Shown here: piece by piece, positions 47,396-57,499 of the stretch
Layout of the letters: the number at the start of each line of letters is the position of its first letter
Numbering within the stretch: the first letter of the stretch is position 1
NCBI GenBank assembly: GCA_030599585.1
Contig: JAUVNS010000003.1
Span: 96,001 to 160,000 of the forward strand
Length of the DNA: 64,000 bases
Source: Promethearchaeota archaeon
GTDB taxonomy: Archaea; Asgardarchaeota; Lokiarchaeia; Sigyniarchaeales; SOKP01
Direction of reading: 5' to 3'
The notes under the pieces: generated by a model
The model's database searches: none
Told to the model about the DNA's origin: nothing
The model's input: the letters and a program-made list of their open reading frames with translations, nothing else
Program-made: the position numbers and the translations under genes

Positions 47396-47836
47396 ATGAA
47401 TAAAATGGTAAAAGAGATAATAGAGAGATTGATAAATGACGATATGGTAACACGGATGGCTGCAAAATACGAATTTTTAGGAAAAGGTGAAGCAGCTGTG
47501 CCCGTGTTGTTAACCGTGCTTGAAGAAGACCAAAGAGAAGTAGTGCGGTATTGGGTTTTTGATGTATTTGGAGGATTGAAAACACAAGCGAAAGATGCGG
47601 TTCCTAAAGTATTAAAATCTTTAATAGAAGATGATTCTGAAAGGGTTCGTGCCATATCACCAGGTGTTTTACTTGAAATATCCGAAAATTTTGAAGATTT
47701 AGTCCCAGTATTACTAACAGCAAAGAACAAGGAAAAGAGTGACCGAGTACAAAGATCTCTAGATATGGTGTTATACAAAATAGCTGGAAAATTGGGATAT
47801 GCCAGTATTGAAGAGTTAACAAAGGCATTTGAATAG
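47396..47836 (+). CDS. HEAT/PBS-lyase repeat protein
   Basis: AVPVLL..LEED..VVR, AVPKVL..LIEDD..RVR, LVPVLL repeats. Confidence 0.8.
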   Translation: MNKMVKEIIERLINDDMVTRMAAKYEFLGKGEAAVPVLLTVLEEDQREVVRYWVFDVFGGLKTQAKDAVPKVLKSLIEDDSERVRAISPGVLLEISENFEDLVPVLLTAKNKEKSDRVQRSLDMVLYKIAGKLGYASIEELTKAFE

Positions 47837-47991
47837 TTGTAAATAATATTATTTTTTTGATTTATATTGGTAAATAAATATTAAAGCTCGGTAAGCAAAG
47901 ATATATATTTTTACATCTAATAATTAGCGCCACTGGTCTTTCAATTCGATTTAAAATCAAAATTATGTAGATTAGGTAAAAAGTATTTCAA

Positions 47992-48174
47992 ATGAGATCA
48001 AATGATTGTGTTACCGGTACCAAATATTGTCCTAAATGTAGTGCTGAACTTGATTCCAGAGCGAAAATATGTAAATTTTGCCATTTCAACTTAGAAATAA
48101 AGCTTAAGAGAAAATATTTCTCTTTGAGAAAAAAATCGACATTAAAATATAAAAGAAAAAAAATCGAAAATTAA
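47992..48174 (+). CDS. Small zinc-ribbon protein with basic tail
   Basis: CPKC...AKICKFC; Lys/Arg-rich C-terminus. Confidence 0.45.
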   Translation: MRSNDCVTGTKYCPKCSAELDSRAKICKFCHFNLEIKLKRKYFSLRKKSTLKYKRKKIEN

Positions 48175-48195
48175 AAAACCCCAAATTCTACTCTA

Positions 48196-49410
48196 TTAAA
48201 CTCCAAATACTCGTGCTACAGTCATGATAGAACCACTAATTAAAGAAACTGTAAAATTATCGTTTAACTGAAATGAAAATAACTCCACTAAGGGTGCGCT
48301 GATTCCTCCTATTATGAGGATAAATAATGGAATATTTAGAGTAGTATAGAGGATGTATCCACAAATAAACATGCATCCGAAATATGCTAATGTACCCTCA
48401 AGGGTTTTATGAAATATTTTGTGTTTGCCAAATGCTAACCCGAATATTTTGCTGAAAATATCACCAAAAATTAGAAAAACTAACGCAGTGATAGCGATTG
48501 CCTTCTCAAATAATAGGATTGAAATGAATGTAGCTACCAAGAATATCGTCATAGAGGAAAACTTTTTGGCTTCATTTTTTCTAAAAATTGACTTAATCTT
48601 TACAGTAAACAGTTCATTTGTTTGTTTGTGGAGAAATCTTGTAATATCAAGAGTAATAAAAATTATCGCAACACTACCTATGATCGTTAGAGCAACTGTT
48701 TTGGTGTAGATAATATAAAAAATGACGAAAAGTAAGGCAAACGGCCTAGTTGCCACTCGCCACCAGTGAGAGTTAAAATTTTCATTATCTATTTTGATTA
48801 CTTTCCCCTTTATCATATCGTAAAAGGATACAGAAGCATCGTAAGCGATCACAATCCAGAAAAAGAGATTGTATGGATTTGTAGGATAATAAATGAAAGC
48901 AGCGTATCCAATTAAGGCCAGAACAAATATAATAACGATAATTCCTGTCCTCGTAATATAAACAAAAATCGCAATGACAAAGATTAGATAGAAGAAAATA
49001 AAAAAAAGCATTTCGGGACCTGTGAGGAGATAATTCAGTAAATAAGCAAGCAGGATTCCCGATGTACAAGCCATACCCTGACCTCCACGAAATTTAATAT
49101 AAAAAGGAAATACATGCCCCACGATAGCAGCAAGACCGCTTATTTGCGCAAAAACAAAATCCGCACCTAAAATTAAGGCTAAATAAATTACTATTATACC
49201 TTTGAAAAAATCAAAAATACCTGTCGGTATTGCATATTTAATGCCTAAACTATTGTAAGTGTTCACTGTCCCGGCTATACCATCACCTTTATCTCTTATG
49301 TCAAAATTTTTGAATCTACCAAAAATATAAGCAGGATTTATTGAACCAATGAAGTAACCAAGCACAATTACAAGTATATTTATTAGAATTGTAATTTCTC
49401 CCATTTTCAT
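48196..49410 (-). CDS. Fusion of a PlsY-like glycerol-3-phosphate acyltransferase domain and a SEC59/DGK1-like CTP-dependent lipid kinase domain
   Basis: N-half: GYFIGSI...DIR..G.G.AG..N...DFFKG...GHVFP...FRGGQG. C-half: FGD...FG...G...KTLEGT...E...DNFTV. Confidence 0.85.
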   Translation of the reverse strand: MKMGEITILINILVIVLGYFIGSINPAYIFGRFKNFDIRDKGDGIAGTVNTYNSLGIKYAIPTGIFDFFKGIIVIYLALILGADFVFAQISGLAAIVGHVFPFYIKFRGGQGMACTSGILLAYLLNYLLTGPEMLFFIFFYLIFVIAIFVYITRTGIIVIIFVLALIGYAAFIYYPTNPYNLFFWIVIAYDASVSFYDMIKGKVIKIDNENFNSHWWRVATRPFALLFVIFYIIYTKTVALTIIGSVAIIFITLDITRFLHKQTNELFTVKIKSIFRKNEAKKFSSMTIFLVATFISILLFEKAIAITALVFLIFGDIFSKIFGLAFGKHKIFHKTLEGTLAYFGCMFICGYILYTTLNIPLFILIIGGISAPLVELFSFQLNDNFTVSLISGSIMTVARVFGV

Positions 49411-49582
49411 TCACACTATGCGATTGAATTTAACAAAATTGTAAGTAACATTCCTATTATTATTCGCTTCTATATATAAATATGTGCAAGATCAACATTC
49501 AAAAAATACAAAACCGAAAATTTTGAGGATACTCTGTTAAATCAATACTTATAACGAATATACCATATGGTAATAAAAGAGA

Positions 49583-51313
49583 TTACTGATGGAGATACAT
49601 AAAACGCTCCATATAAAACAAAAATATTTGATTATAATGACCAGAAAAATAAAAATCGCTCGTGTGTCCTCCTAAAAGCATCCAAATAATGGCACAGTTA
49701 ACATTTCCTTTAGCTAGATAGGTAGCCCTGAAATTTCGACTAATACCAAAATAAGTTAGGACATCGTGCGTACCTTGAAAAATTAAACAAGGTGGGCTTT
49801 CAGGTCCAATTAATTTTTCAGGATTTGTGAATTCTTCCCTCCCGTCTATTCCAAAATGGACCATTTGACCATTTGAAGGATAGAATGGGATTATTCCTTT
49901 TATTGTAATATTCTGACTAAATAGATTTGAATAGTTTCCGCTTGATAAAGCTAGTCCTGCTGCACTAGCAAGATGTCCTCCGGAAGAACTACCACTAATA
50001 AAGACAGAATCTACATTAGCGCCATATAATTGGGCATTTTCACTTAAATACTTCGTGAATTCACCGATGTGCCTTACCATATCATCGATATTAAAATCTC
50101 CTTTATTGTAGCTAGGCGTACTAAGATCCAAAGCAGCGATAGGCGAATCGTATAGCCCGTATTGAATGTCAAATACGATATATCCTTGAGCTGCAAAATA
50201 CTTATTCATTTGTGCCATATTCGATCCACCCTTATCACCCGAAACCCAACCGCCACCATGAATTCGAATCAGTGTGGAATTCTGCCCTGGTAGGCCTTCA
50301 CCTCTCTTTAATGGCATATATACATCAAAATACAATTTGATACTTTCATTATCATAAAATAAGACATTTTCTATAACACTACAATCTTTAGGAGGAACTC
50401 CTAAATAATATCCAGCTGTCGAAAACGAAGTTTGTAAAAAGTAGTCATTAGTTTCTGTAGGAATTTCTGATTGCCAATTTAGACCAAAAGTTTCTGCAAA
50501 ATTGGCTTCAGCACTTATTGCATTAATATTACTTATAAAAAAAGGTGTGAGTAATGAAATTGAAATTAATAACCCTGTAAGCGATACTCTACGAAACTTT
50601 TTTCTGTTCCATTTTCCTTTTTTTAGCTTTAATAGAATGATAGTATTTGCTAAAAAAATAAACGACAAAAACACTCCATACTGAGAGGAGAAAAAAGCAA
50701 TTTGGGTAGTTACAAACTCAAACACACCAAAAAGTGTTATGAAAGCACAAAACGCACCAATGAATAAACCAATCCAAGCTAGAACGATTATAATTTTCTT
50801 AATTCTTCCTTTAAATCTTATAATTTTTATGTATTTACGGCCTTCTCTTCTAGTTTCTCTGCCCCAAAACCCTAAATTTTTGCGAGATAGGAAATCAACC
50901 ACTACCAAAATAGTTCCAAATGTTAAAATACCAAAGTAGGATAGATGGTTCAATGCGTATCCTCCTAAAAAAGAGTTAGAAATTGTAGTAGAGCTTAATA
51001 AATTGCCTTGCATCATTCCCCACATCCCCAAAATAATAAAGACTAAAAAAACATAGCAGAATATTTGAAATCTATATCCAAATTTGCTCTTTTTATTAAC
51101 ATTCACCAAATTTAAGTAGATTAATAACAAATTTTCAAAAAGAGTAATTGTTAATACTATCCCAAATATGTCCCAAAGTGGCAAATATTCAGGCATAGCT
51201 AAATATAAAATGCCCGATATAATACAAAACAAGTTTAAAAAAAATAAGGAATAACTAACGCTCTTGATTGTAATAAATCCTTTAAATTTCCGCACAATAT
51301 ACTTTATGTTCAA
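49583..51313 (-). CDS. Polytopic membrane protein fused to an alpha/beta hydrolase (HSL/esterase-like)
   Basis: About 7 N-terminal TM helices; IHGGGW, SGSSSGGHLA, QGTHD, GH. Confidence 0.85.
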   Translation of the reverse strand: MNIKYIVRKFKGFITIKSVSYSLFFLNLFCIISGILYLAMPEYLPLWDIFGIVLTITLFENLLLIYLNLVNVNKKSKFGYRFQIFCYVFLVFIILGMWGMMQGNLLSSTTISNSFLGGYALNHLSYFGILTFGTILVVVDFLSRKNLGFWGRETRREGRKYIKIIRFKGRIKKIIIVLAWIGLFIGAFCAFITLFGVFEFVTTQIAFFSSQYGVFLSFIFLANTIILLKLKKGKWNRKKFRRVSLTGLLISISLLTPFFISNINAISAEANFAETFGLNWQSEIPTETNDYFLQTSFSTAGYYLGVPPKDCSVIENVLFYDNESIKLYFDVYMPLKRGEGLPGQNSTLIRIHGGGWVSGDKGGSNMAQMNKYFAAQGYIVFDIQYGLYDSPIAALDLSTPSYNKGDFNIDDMVRHIGEFTKYLSENAQLYGANVDSVFISGSSSGGHLASAAGLALSSGNYSNLFSQNITIKGIIPFYPSNGQMVHFGIDGREEFTNPEKLIGPESPPCLIFQGTHDVLTYFGISRNFRATYLAKGNVNCAIIWMLLGGHTSDFYFSGHYNQIFLFYMERFMYLHQ

Positions 51314-51658
51314 TACAACCGCTTTACCGTGATGCTCTTTTAGCTACGATTTTTGTTCTGTTTAAACCAATCTTAAATTAATATCAGAAAATATTGATTT
51401 AAACCCAGTTATTAAATAGGAAAAGAAATTACCGTAAATTAAGGAGAGTTAAAAATCATCTAATTTGTCGCATATCAGAAAATAAAGCAAAAACACTTAA
51501 ATTTTTATATGATCAATAAAGCACTTAACCGCAGTCTGAAGCCTTTAATAAACAAACCTTATTTAGACATAAAAAGAGTTAGGATTGTTTGAAAAAATAA
51601 ATAAAAAAATAGAAAATTAAAAAAAATTACTCTGGTTGACCAGATTTGCAAAACTTCT

Positions 51659-52594
51659 TTAAACCAACTTCATTCTTATCTGTTTGGAGCGACTCCTGAG
51701 GGTTACCTCAGTAACTTTAGCTACGGCACTTACTTCGGCTTGCGTCTTCCGGCAATTACTTGATTTGGCCGCCATATAAATTACGCTTGCCGCTAAGCCC
51801 TTTGGGTCTTTCCCGGTTCTTAATAGTCCGTGTCTTGAAGCTACTGAGAGCATGTCGATTGCCTTCTTTTGGACTTCCATCGGTAAACCTAAATCGTTTC
51901 CGAATCGGAATACTAACTGTTCTGCAGTGATCGGTTTATATCGTAAATTTAATTCAGGGAGCACTTCTTTTACAATCATTCCTAAGCTTCTATGGACGGT
52001 TCTTCGTGGAGTCATGGATGCATCGCACACTTCTTCCAGTAATCGTGGAAACTCGTGAACTCTAATTGCAGCATAAAGGGAAGCCGCAATAAACCCATCG
52101 ATTGATCGACCCATAGTTAATTTTTTCCGAGCTACAACACTATAAATTTTCCAGGCAGTTTCTTTAATATATTCTGGAATATTTAGTTTGGATGTAAGCA
52201 TCTTTAATTTTGGTTTTGCTTCCCAGAAATTTCTTTCTATACTGGAAATTAAGGAATTTTGAATTTTAGATAGTCGAGAGAACAAGGTCTTTCCTTTTGC
52301 GTTAATTAATCGACCCTTTGAATCAATTTTACTGTTTGGGAGCATAGTGCGAGGTCCAAATTCCCTCCATCGAGGTTCTGTTCGACGACGCTTGTTCACT
52401 TCTTCCACAGTGTAAGCACGTCTCTCGTTCCCAACCATATTACGACTTTGAATCATTCCACAATTTAAACAGACAACATCGCCATCTTTTGACTCAACAG
52501 AAGGATTTTCACAGCATTCTCCAGTCGGAGTTTCCTCAATTGAACTATCTTTCGTTGAGCGTAGGCGGTCTCGGTATGACATTTTTTTTTTCAC
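51659..52594 (-). CDS. tfb: Transcription initiation factor IIB (TFB)
   Basis: Zn ribbon VCLNCG, two cyclin repeats, GRSI, GKDPKGLAAS, TQAEV..VAKVTEVTLR. Confidence 0.93.
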   Translation of the reverse strand: MKKKMSYRDRLRSTKDSSIEETPTGECCENPSVESKDGDVVCLNCGMIQSRNMVGNERRAYTVEEVNKRRRTEPRWREFGPRTMLPNSKIDSKGRLINAKGKTLFSRLSKIQNSLISSIERNFWEAKPKLKMLTSKLNIPEYIKETAWKIYSVVARKKLTMGRSIDGFIAASLYAAIRVHEFPRLLEEVCDASMTPRRTVHRSLGMIVKEVLPELNLRYKPITAEQLVFRFGNDLGLPMEVQKKAIDMLSVASRHGLLRTGKDPKGLAASVIYMAAKSSNCRKTQAEVSAVAKVTEVTLRSRSKQIRMKLV

Positions 52595-53000
52595 TTTTTT
52601 GTTACAAATTTGTTTTAATAATGATTATTCAATATTACTATAAACACAAATTTTTGAACTTAATCTTAATCATTTTGAAATATAAGTTTTAGTAAAAATT
52701 TTTTGAATTTTTTTAATATTTTACTACAAATAATCTATTATTATTATATTAGTATAAATAATGTAACGCCACTATTTAAAAATGTTTTTGTCTACGCTTG
52801 TTATATGTCCCAGAACAAAATTTCTACGCTTTTTGCGGGCAAGTTATGGGAAAAAGGCAATTTATTTTTTATAAGTTTATGTTTTGGAATTTTGCTGTAC
52901 GCAATTATTTAAGATCTCTTTTACGGTATTATCAATAATTAGATTATTGCATAAAAATATCGCTTATTTGTAAGGAATAATCCATAAATTCTCTGTAATT

Positions 53001-54053
53001 TTATTCCTCAATTTTATCAAAAAGTAGTAATTTTCTTGCTATTTTATGGAAAACTTTCTCTACATTATAGCCAGTTAAAGCAGATATTTCAAGGTATTCA
53101 AGGTCTAAAGCGTATGAGAGCCTTTTCGCATCAATCTCGGTGACAATTCTTTTTTTAGTTAAATCGTTCTTATTACCAATGAGATAACCCTTTAGGGCTC
53201 TATTATTTTTCATATAATTTTTTATATCTTGATGCCATTTTGATACATTTGCAAAAGACATTGGATTCGTCAAATCAAAAACTACTAGTATGATGCTCGC
53301 GCTCTCGTAAAATTTCTTTCTTATGACTTCAAACTTGGTTTGCCCTCCAATATCCCACAACACTAATTCTACAACGATAGAATCTATGTTAAAGATTTTT
53401 TGGGTAATATTTAGCCCCATCGTTGGAATATATGCCCTAAGAAATACATTATCAGTAAATCTTAGGATTGTAGAAGTCTTACCTACCTTCGGGTCTCCTA
53501 GAACTACGACTTTAAATTTCCTTTTCTCTCCTTGTTTATCTTCAAAGATCTTTCGAGATGGTTCTTCTTTCTTTGCTACATATTGGCTTTTAGAAGCCAA
53601 ATATGCCGTTATGTTGCATAAAATCAGGTGCAACTTCACAATTTCTTCGTATATCAATTCGTCTATAGTCCCATTTTTCTCTAAGGTGAGTATAGCGTTA
53701 ACAGCTTTACTAAAATACGAATCGATATAACTCATATATCGGTAGTATATCTGATCGTTTTCTTCAGCAAATACAAAGATTATTGCAGACTTGGAAATTC
53801 CTTCTTCAGTAGTAGAATCCTCTCTTTTAAAATATTTAATTAGAACTTTAATTTTTAGATGGGTAATAGGAAAAATTAAGAGAACTTCCGGGATGAAAGT
53901 TGGATCTGCAGATATAATCGAAACACACTCCTCAACGATCTCTCTCTGGTATTTTTCTGGTAAATTATAAGGATACCAAAATTTAATCATTGGAGCATCG
54001 TTATCTATATCAAGATAAATGATTGCGTTTGTTGAATCCATTTCACTCGACAA
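53001..54053 (-). CDS. Rab-like small GTPase with N-terminal longin/uDENN-like domain
   Basis: G1 GDPKVGKT, G2 YIPT, G3 WDIGGQ, G4 NKND, G5 ISA; ~170-aa N-terminal extension. Confidence 0.88.
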   Translation of the reverse strand: MSSEMDSTNAIIYLDIDNDAPMIKFWYPYNLPEKYQREIVEECVSIISADPTFIPEVLLIFPITHLKIKVLIKYFKREDSTTEEGISKSAIIFVFAEENDQIYYRYMSYIDSYFSKAVNAILTLEKNGTIDELIYEEIVKLHLILCNITAYLASKSQYVAKKEEPSRKIFEDKQGEKRKFKVVVLGDPKVGKTSTILRFTDNVFLRAYIPTMGLNITQKIFNIDSIVVELVLWDIGGQTKFEVIRKKFYESASIILVVFDLTNPMSFANVSKWHQDIKNYMKNNRALKGYLIGNKNDLTKKRIVTEIDAKRLSYALDLEYLEISALTGYNVEKVFHKIARKLLLFDKIEE

Positions 54054-54087
54054 TTCTTATATAAAATTACTAATTCATCGATTTAAA

Positions 54088-55368
54088 TTATAGGTTTATT
54101 AATGGAAGAATCTGTGGTCCATTAGGCAAAATCAGTATGCTGGCCTCTTGCCCATGTTTAAGTAAAGAATTCTTAATTGCATTTTCTACAGTGTCAGCAT
54201 ACTTTAAACCAATATTTCCGATTTCCTCTTCTTTCATACTAGATACAAGGTATATTTCTGACTTCATTAATATTCGGGTTAATACTTGGATTTGCCATTG
54301 ATCAGGCACAACTATTTCTTTCTGTAGGATTTTATTATAGATATCCTGCGGATTCTTTTCAGAAAATATTAGTTCTTTAAATTTATCTTGTCCTTTGCCA
54401 ACTCCTTCGCTGCACTCATTTACTGAAATAATGGTGCCTCCTCGTTTTACAACCATTTCTCCAATTGCCATGCTTTTTACAGCCTGATAGAGGTTGAGAT
54501 CTAAAGGGAATCCCCCATTCCCACAAACCACAATATCGAATGGTTCTTGAATTTCCTTGAAAAGATGTTTGTTTTGATAATCAACTAATCTCTCATGAAC
54601 CAGTTCTACATCACCAGCAGCAATTTGGGTGATTTCGTGATTTTTGTTAATACAGACATTAATAATGAAATCTACACCAGCTATTTTTGCAAGTCTAGAT
54701 GAATGTTCAAGTAGAGGATTATTTTCTTGGATTCCGAATCTAGCATACGGAGAAGCTATTCTTTCGGCGGAGTGATTTGCTAATATAGTTTCAGCACCTG
54801 CTAAACCAGGAATAATGGATTTATAACCTCCAGAAAAGCCGAAGAAGAAGTGAGGTTCAACGTATCCAGTTAAAATTTTTAGATCGCTTTCATAATAGTA
54901 CTTATTGATATAAATAGGAACTTCATCATCGGGATTATGTAAAGATATAAGAGATTTCTTATCGGTTGCGATATGGTTAATGATTTTAACATCGCCTGTT
55001 GAAATTACACCTAGAATTCTATTTAGTTCCTCCTTTCGGGACGGACGATGCAATCCCGTAGCAATTAAGACTCCCATATACTTTTCTTTAATCCCATAAT
55101 CATTTAATTCTCTCAAAAGCCCTTCTAGAATAAGATGAGTTGGAACTGGTCGCGTTGCATCTGAAACTACAATACAAACAGATTTGATCCTTTCTCTATT
55201 TTTTATAATAGCCTTTAAGGAGAGATTTCCCACAGGATTTTTAATAGAATCCCTGATCGCGTTGATTGGATTTTCAATTGGAAATTGCTCATCAGGTTGA
55301 ATAATTTTCGTGTTCCATTTAGGATCAATCTCTAACTCAATTCCATTTTTTCCGTAGTCTAATTTCAT
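54088..55368 (-). CDS. larA: Nickel-pincer-dependent lactate racemase family protein
   Basis: SDATRP, ATGLHR, EPHFF.GFSGG.KSI.PG, DLNLYQAVK. Confidence 0.9.
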   Translation of the reverse strand: MKLDYGKNGIELEIDPKWNTKIIQPDEQFPIENPINAIRDSIKNPVGNLSLKAIIKNRERIKSVCIVVSDATRPVPTHLILEGLLRELNDYGIKEKYMGVLIATGLHRPSRKEELNRILGVISTGDVKIINHIATDKKSLISLHNPDDEVPIYINKYYYESDLKILTGYVEPHFFFGFSGGYKSIIPGLAGAETILANHSAERIASPYARFGIQENNPLLEHSSRLAKIAGVDFIINVCINKNHEITQIAAGDVELVHERLVDYQNKHLFKEIQEPFDIVVCGNGGFPLDLNLYQAVKSMAIGEMVVKRGGTIISVNECSEGVGKGQDKFKELIFSEKNPQDIYNKILQKEIVVPDQWQIQVLTRILMKSEIYLVSSMKEEEIGNIGLKYADTVENAIKNSLLKHGQEASILILPNGPQILPLINL

Positions 55369-55423
55369 TAATATTGTTTGTAAGTTTATATTTTCAATAT
55401 CTATTACAAAACTCGTAATCTTT

Positions 55424-56326
55424 TTATATTTGCTTCTTCAAATTTGATAATGTGTTAAATGTGGTACCCCTAAAACCCCAATTTTGCAGAATTTGTTCTG
55501 AAGTATTAATTAGTCTATCGATAAATGTTTTTAGTGGTACAATTTCTTCAATGTGGCCAATAGCCATTGAAGCAATTGGTGAATCTTTCAATTCCAGGTG
55601 AAATATCTTTTTATAATATTTTTCATCGAATATATCTTGATTTAAAATCTGTTCTTTCCAACTTTTTGAAGCCAGGCTTTCTGTAGTCGCTATAATTGAA
55701 CTACCTAAGCATACAGCGTCTGCCCCCATAGCTATTGTTCCAAGAAAACCCCTAGCATCCCCAATACCTCCTGCTGCGATTAGTGGAAGGCTTATTAATC
55801 TCCGCGCCATTGTTATGTTAACTAAAGTTGTGTTTTGTACGGGATTTTTGAACCCAGTTCCCTCTAGCCCAACAAGCGTAATCGCATCAGCACCTGCATT
55901 TTCAGCAGCTTTAGCGTGTTTTATAGTAACACATTTGTGAAACCAATAACAATCTGCTTCTTTGATTCGGGTTCCAAGCTTTGGAGCTCTGTAAGCTGAA
56001 GTCGTAAAAACTTTTACTCCCAGATCAATTGCTAACTTTAGGAAATCGTAATAAGATTCTTCAGTTCTACCCCTCCTTTTTTTTATGAGATATGGTGGTG
56101 TTATCGTGAAGTTAATTCCAAACGGTTTATCCGTTAACAGAAGCATCTTCTCAAGTTCAGTACGAAAATCTTCAATTTTAGGATAATTAATAGCAGTAAT
56201 AATACCTAATCCTCCAGCGTTAGAAAAAGCACTTGCAAATTCTGCCCTTCCTATTACTGCAAAGGCCCCCATTATTAATGGGAATTTCATACCAGCCATC
56301 TGAGTTATTTTAGTTTCCCATTTCAT
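55424..56326 (-). CDS. Nitronate monooxygenase/FabK-like FMN oxidoreductase
   Basis: SNAGGLG, TDKPFGIN, GADAI...G.EG.G, IAAGGIGDARG. Confidence 0.87.
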   Translation of the reverse strand: MKWETKITQMAGMKFPLIMGAFAVIGRAEFASAFSNAGGLGIITAINYPKIEDFRTELEKMLLLTDKPFGINFTITPPYLIKKRRGRTEESYYDFLKLAIDLGVKVFTTSAYRAPKLGTRIKEADCYWFHKCVTIKHAKAAENAGADAITLVGLEGTGFKNPVQNTTLVNITMARRLISLPLIAAGGIGDARGFLGTIAMGADAVCLGSSIIATTESLASKSWKEQILNQDIFDEKYYKKIFHLELKDSPIASMAIGHIEEIVPLKTFIDRLINTSEQILQNWGFRGTTFNTLSNLKKQI

Positions 56327-56509
56327 ATAAAATTAAACTCCTTTTCATAATGTATTTTTTTCAATTAGAGATAAAACAGAAATTTTTATTTTTTTAAGTA
56401 TTTTTACTTTAGTACAATTAGCATAATTAACCAAAAAAGATTTTTTAAATATTTGAATCGCTCATTTAAACTAACGATGGGATAATAACATATAATAATA
56501 CATGGTACA

Positions 56510-56890
56510 ATGCCTAGGATACTAATAGATTTTTGGGTTTTAACAGATAACGGAATCGTTTTATACTCAAAGGCATCAGATCAAAAGGTAAATCCACAAC
56601 TCTTTGGGGCTCTAATGAGTGCTTTAAATAAATTCGCTGAAAAGTTGACAGACGGCGGGATTTCAAACTTTGAAATGGCTGACCTTAGATTCGTAATAAT
56701 AAAGCGAAGAAGTATCCTTTTCATTGGAAGTTCCTCGTATAAAACCAAAGAGAAGAAAGTAATTGATGATCTCTTGCAAATTTCTGATAAATTTTTTCAA
56801 CTTTATACGGAAGCTTTAACAAATTGGGATAATAATGTAGAAACCTTTTCTGATTTTGGAGAACATATTGAGCAATTTTTAGAGAAATAG
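56510..56890 (+). CDS. Stand-alone longin-like domain protein
   Basis: WVLTDNGIVLYS...QLFGALMSAL..FA...F...Y...W pattern. Confidence 0.72.
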   Translation: MPRILIDFWVLTDNGIVLYSKASDQKVNPQLFGALMSALNKFAEKLTDGGISNFEMADLRFVIIKRRSILFIGSSSYKTKEKKVIDDLLQISDKFFQLYTEALTNWDNNVETFSDFGEHIEQFLEK

Positions 56891-57009
56891 CATCTTGTAA
56901 AGCTAAATTAAATTATATCACCATATTGACTTTTATTGAAAATAATCGTAAAAGATTTAAGATTGAAATTATATACGAATAATGAACAATAAAATTGGTT
57001 AACAAGTAA

Positions 57010-57342
57010 ATGAACGATACGAATAAAAGTATTGAAAAAGAACCAAAAAAGGCTCGTGTTATAAAAAATTATGAGGATGTTCTAAACGGTAGTAAATTAC
57101 GCTTTTTTCCTTCTATGAATTATAACAAACAACTTAAACGCTTGAATAATCCCAAATTTCTTGGTTCCTATCACCTTAAAGAAGAAAACACTCCGAGATA
57201 TAATGCTTTCAAAACACTCATAAAAGGAGATCTTGACGTTAAATACGCAAAAGCTTTAAGAAGCACTATAGTTAACCCCGTAACCATCGCCCTCATTATT
57301 ATCGCATTATTATTCAATATTTTGTGGTTCTTTTTTATCTAA
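57010..57342 (+). CDS. Tail-anchored membrane protein
   Basis: Basic soluble N-terminus and a single TM helix at the extreme C-terminus. Confidence 0.65.
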   Translation: MNDTNKSIEKEPKKARVIKNYEDVLNGSKLRFFPSMNYNKQLKRLNNPKFLGSYHLKEENTPRYNAFKTLIKGDLDVKYAKALRSTIVNPVTIALIIIALLFNILWFFFI

Positions 57343-57499
57343 TTTTAAAATTGGAAAATTTTTGCTTTTCTATGTTTTTCCCTATTAATGAACATTATCA
57401 GTTAGAAAACCTTAATGTTCCAAATAAATTTTAAAGAGATAACTTGCTTTATTACATAAGCTTTTTAATTTACTCTTTAAAACTAACGAGGTATATCCT

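Noticed and set aside
47925-47955. tRNA-like fragment (GCGCCACTGGTCT...TTCGA)
   Set aside because: Too short, with no cloverleaf or acceptor stem.
47992-48174. Ribosomal protein eL40
   Set aside because: Cys spacing is similar, but the conserved ARN/L-P and LRxK residues are absent; treated as a generic zinc ribbon.
52489-52912. ORFs 52489-52692 and 52703-52912
   Set aside because: Low-complexity, AT-driven translations in the tfb upstream region; probably non-coding.
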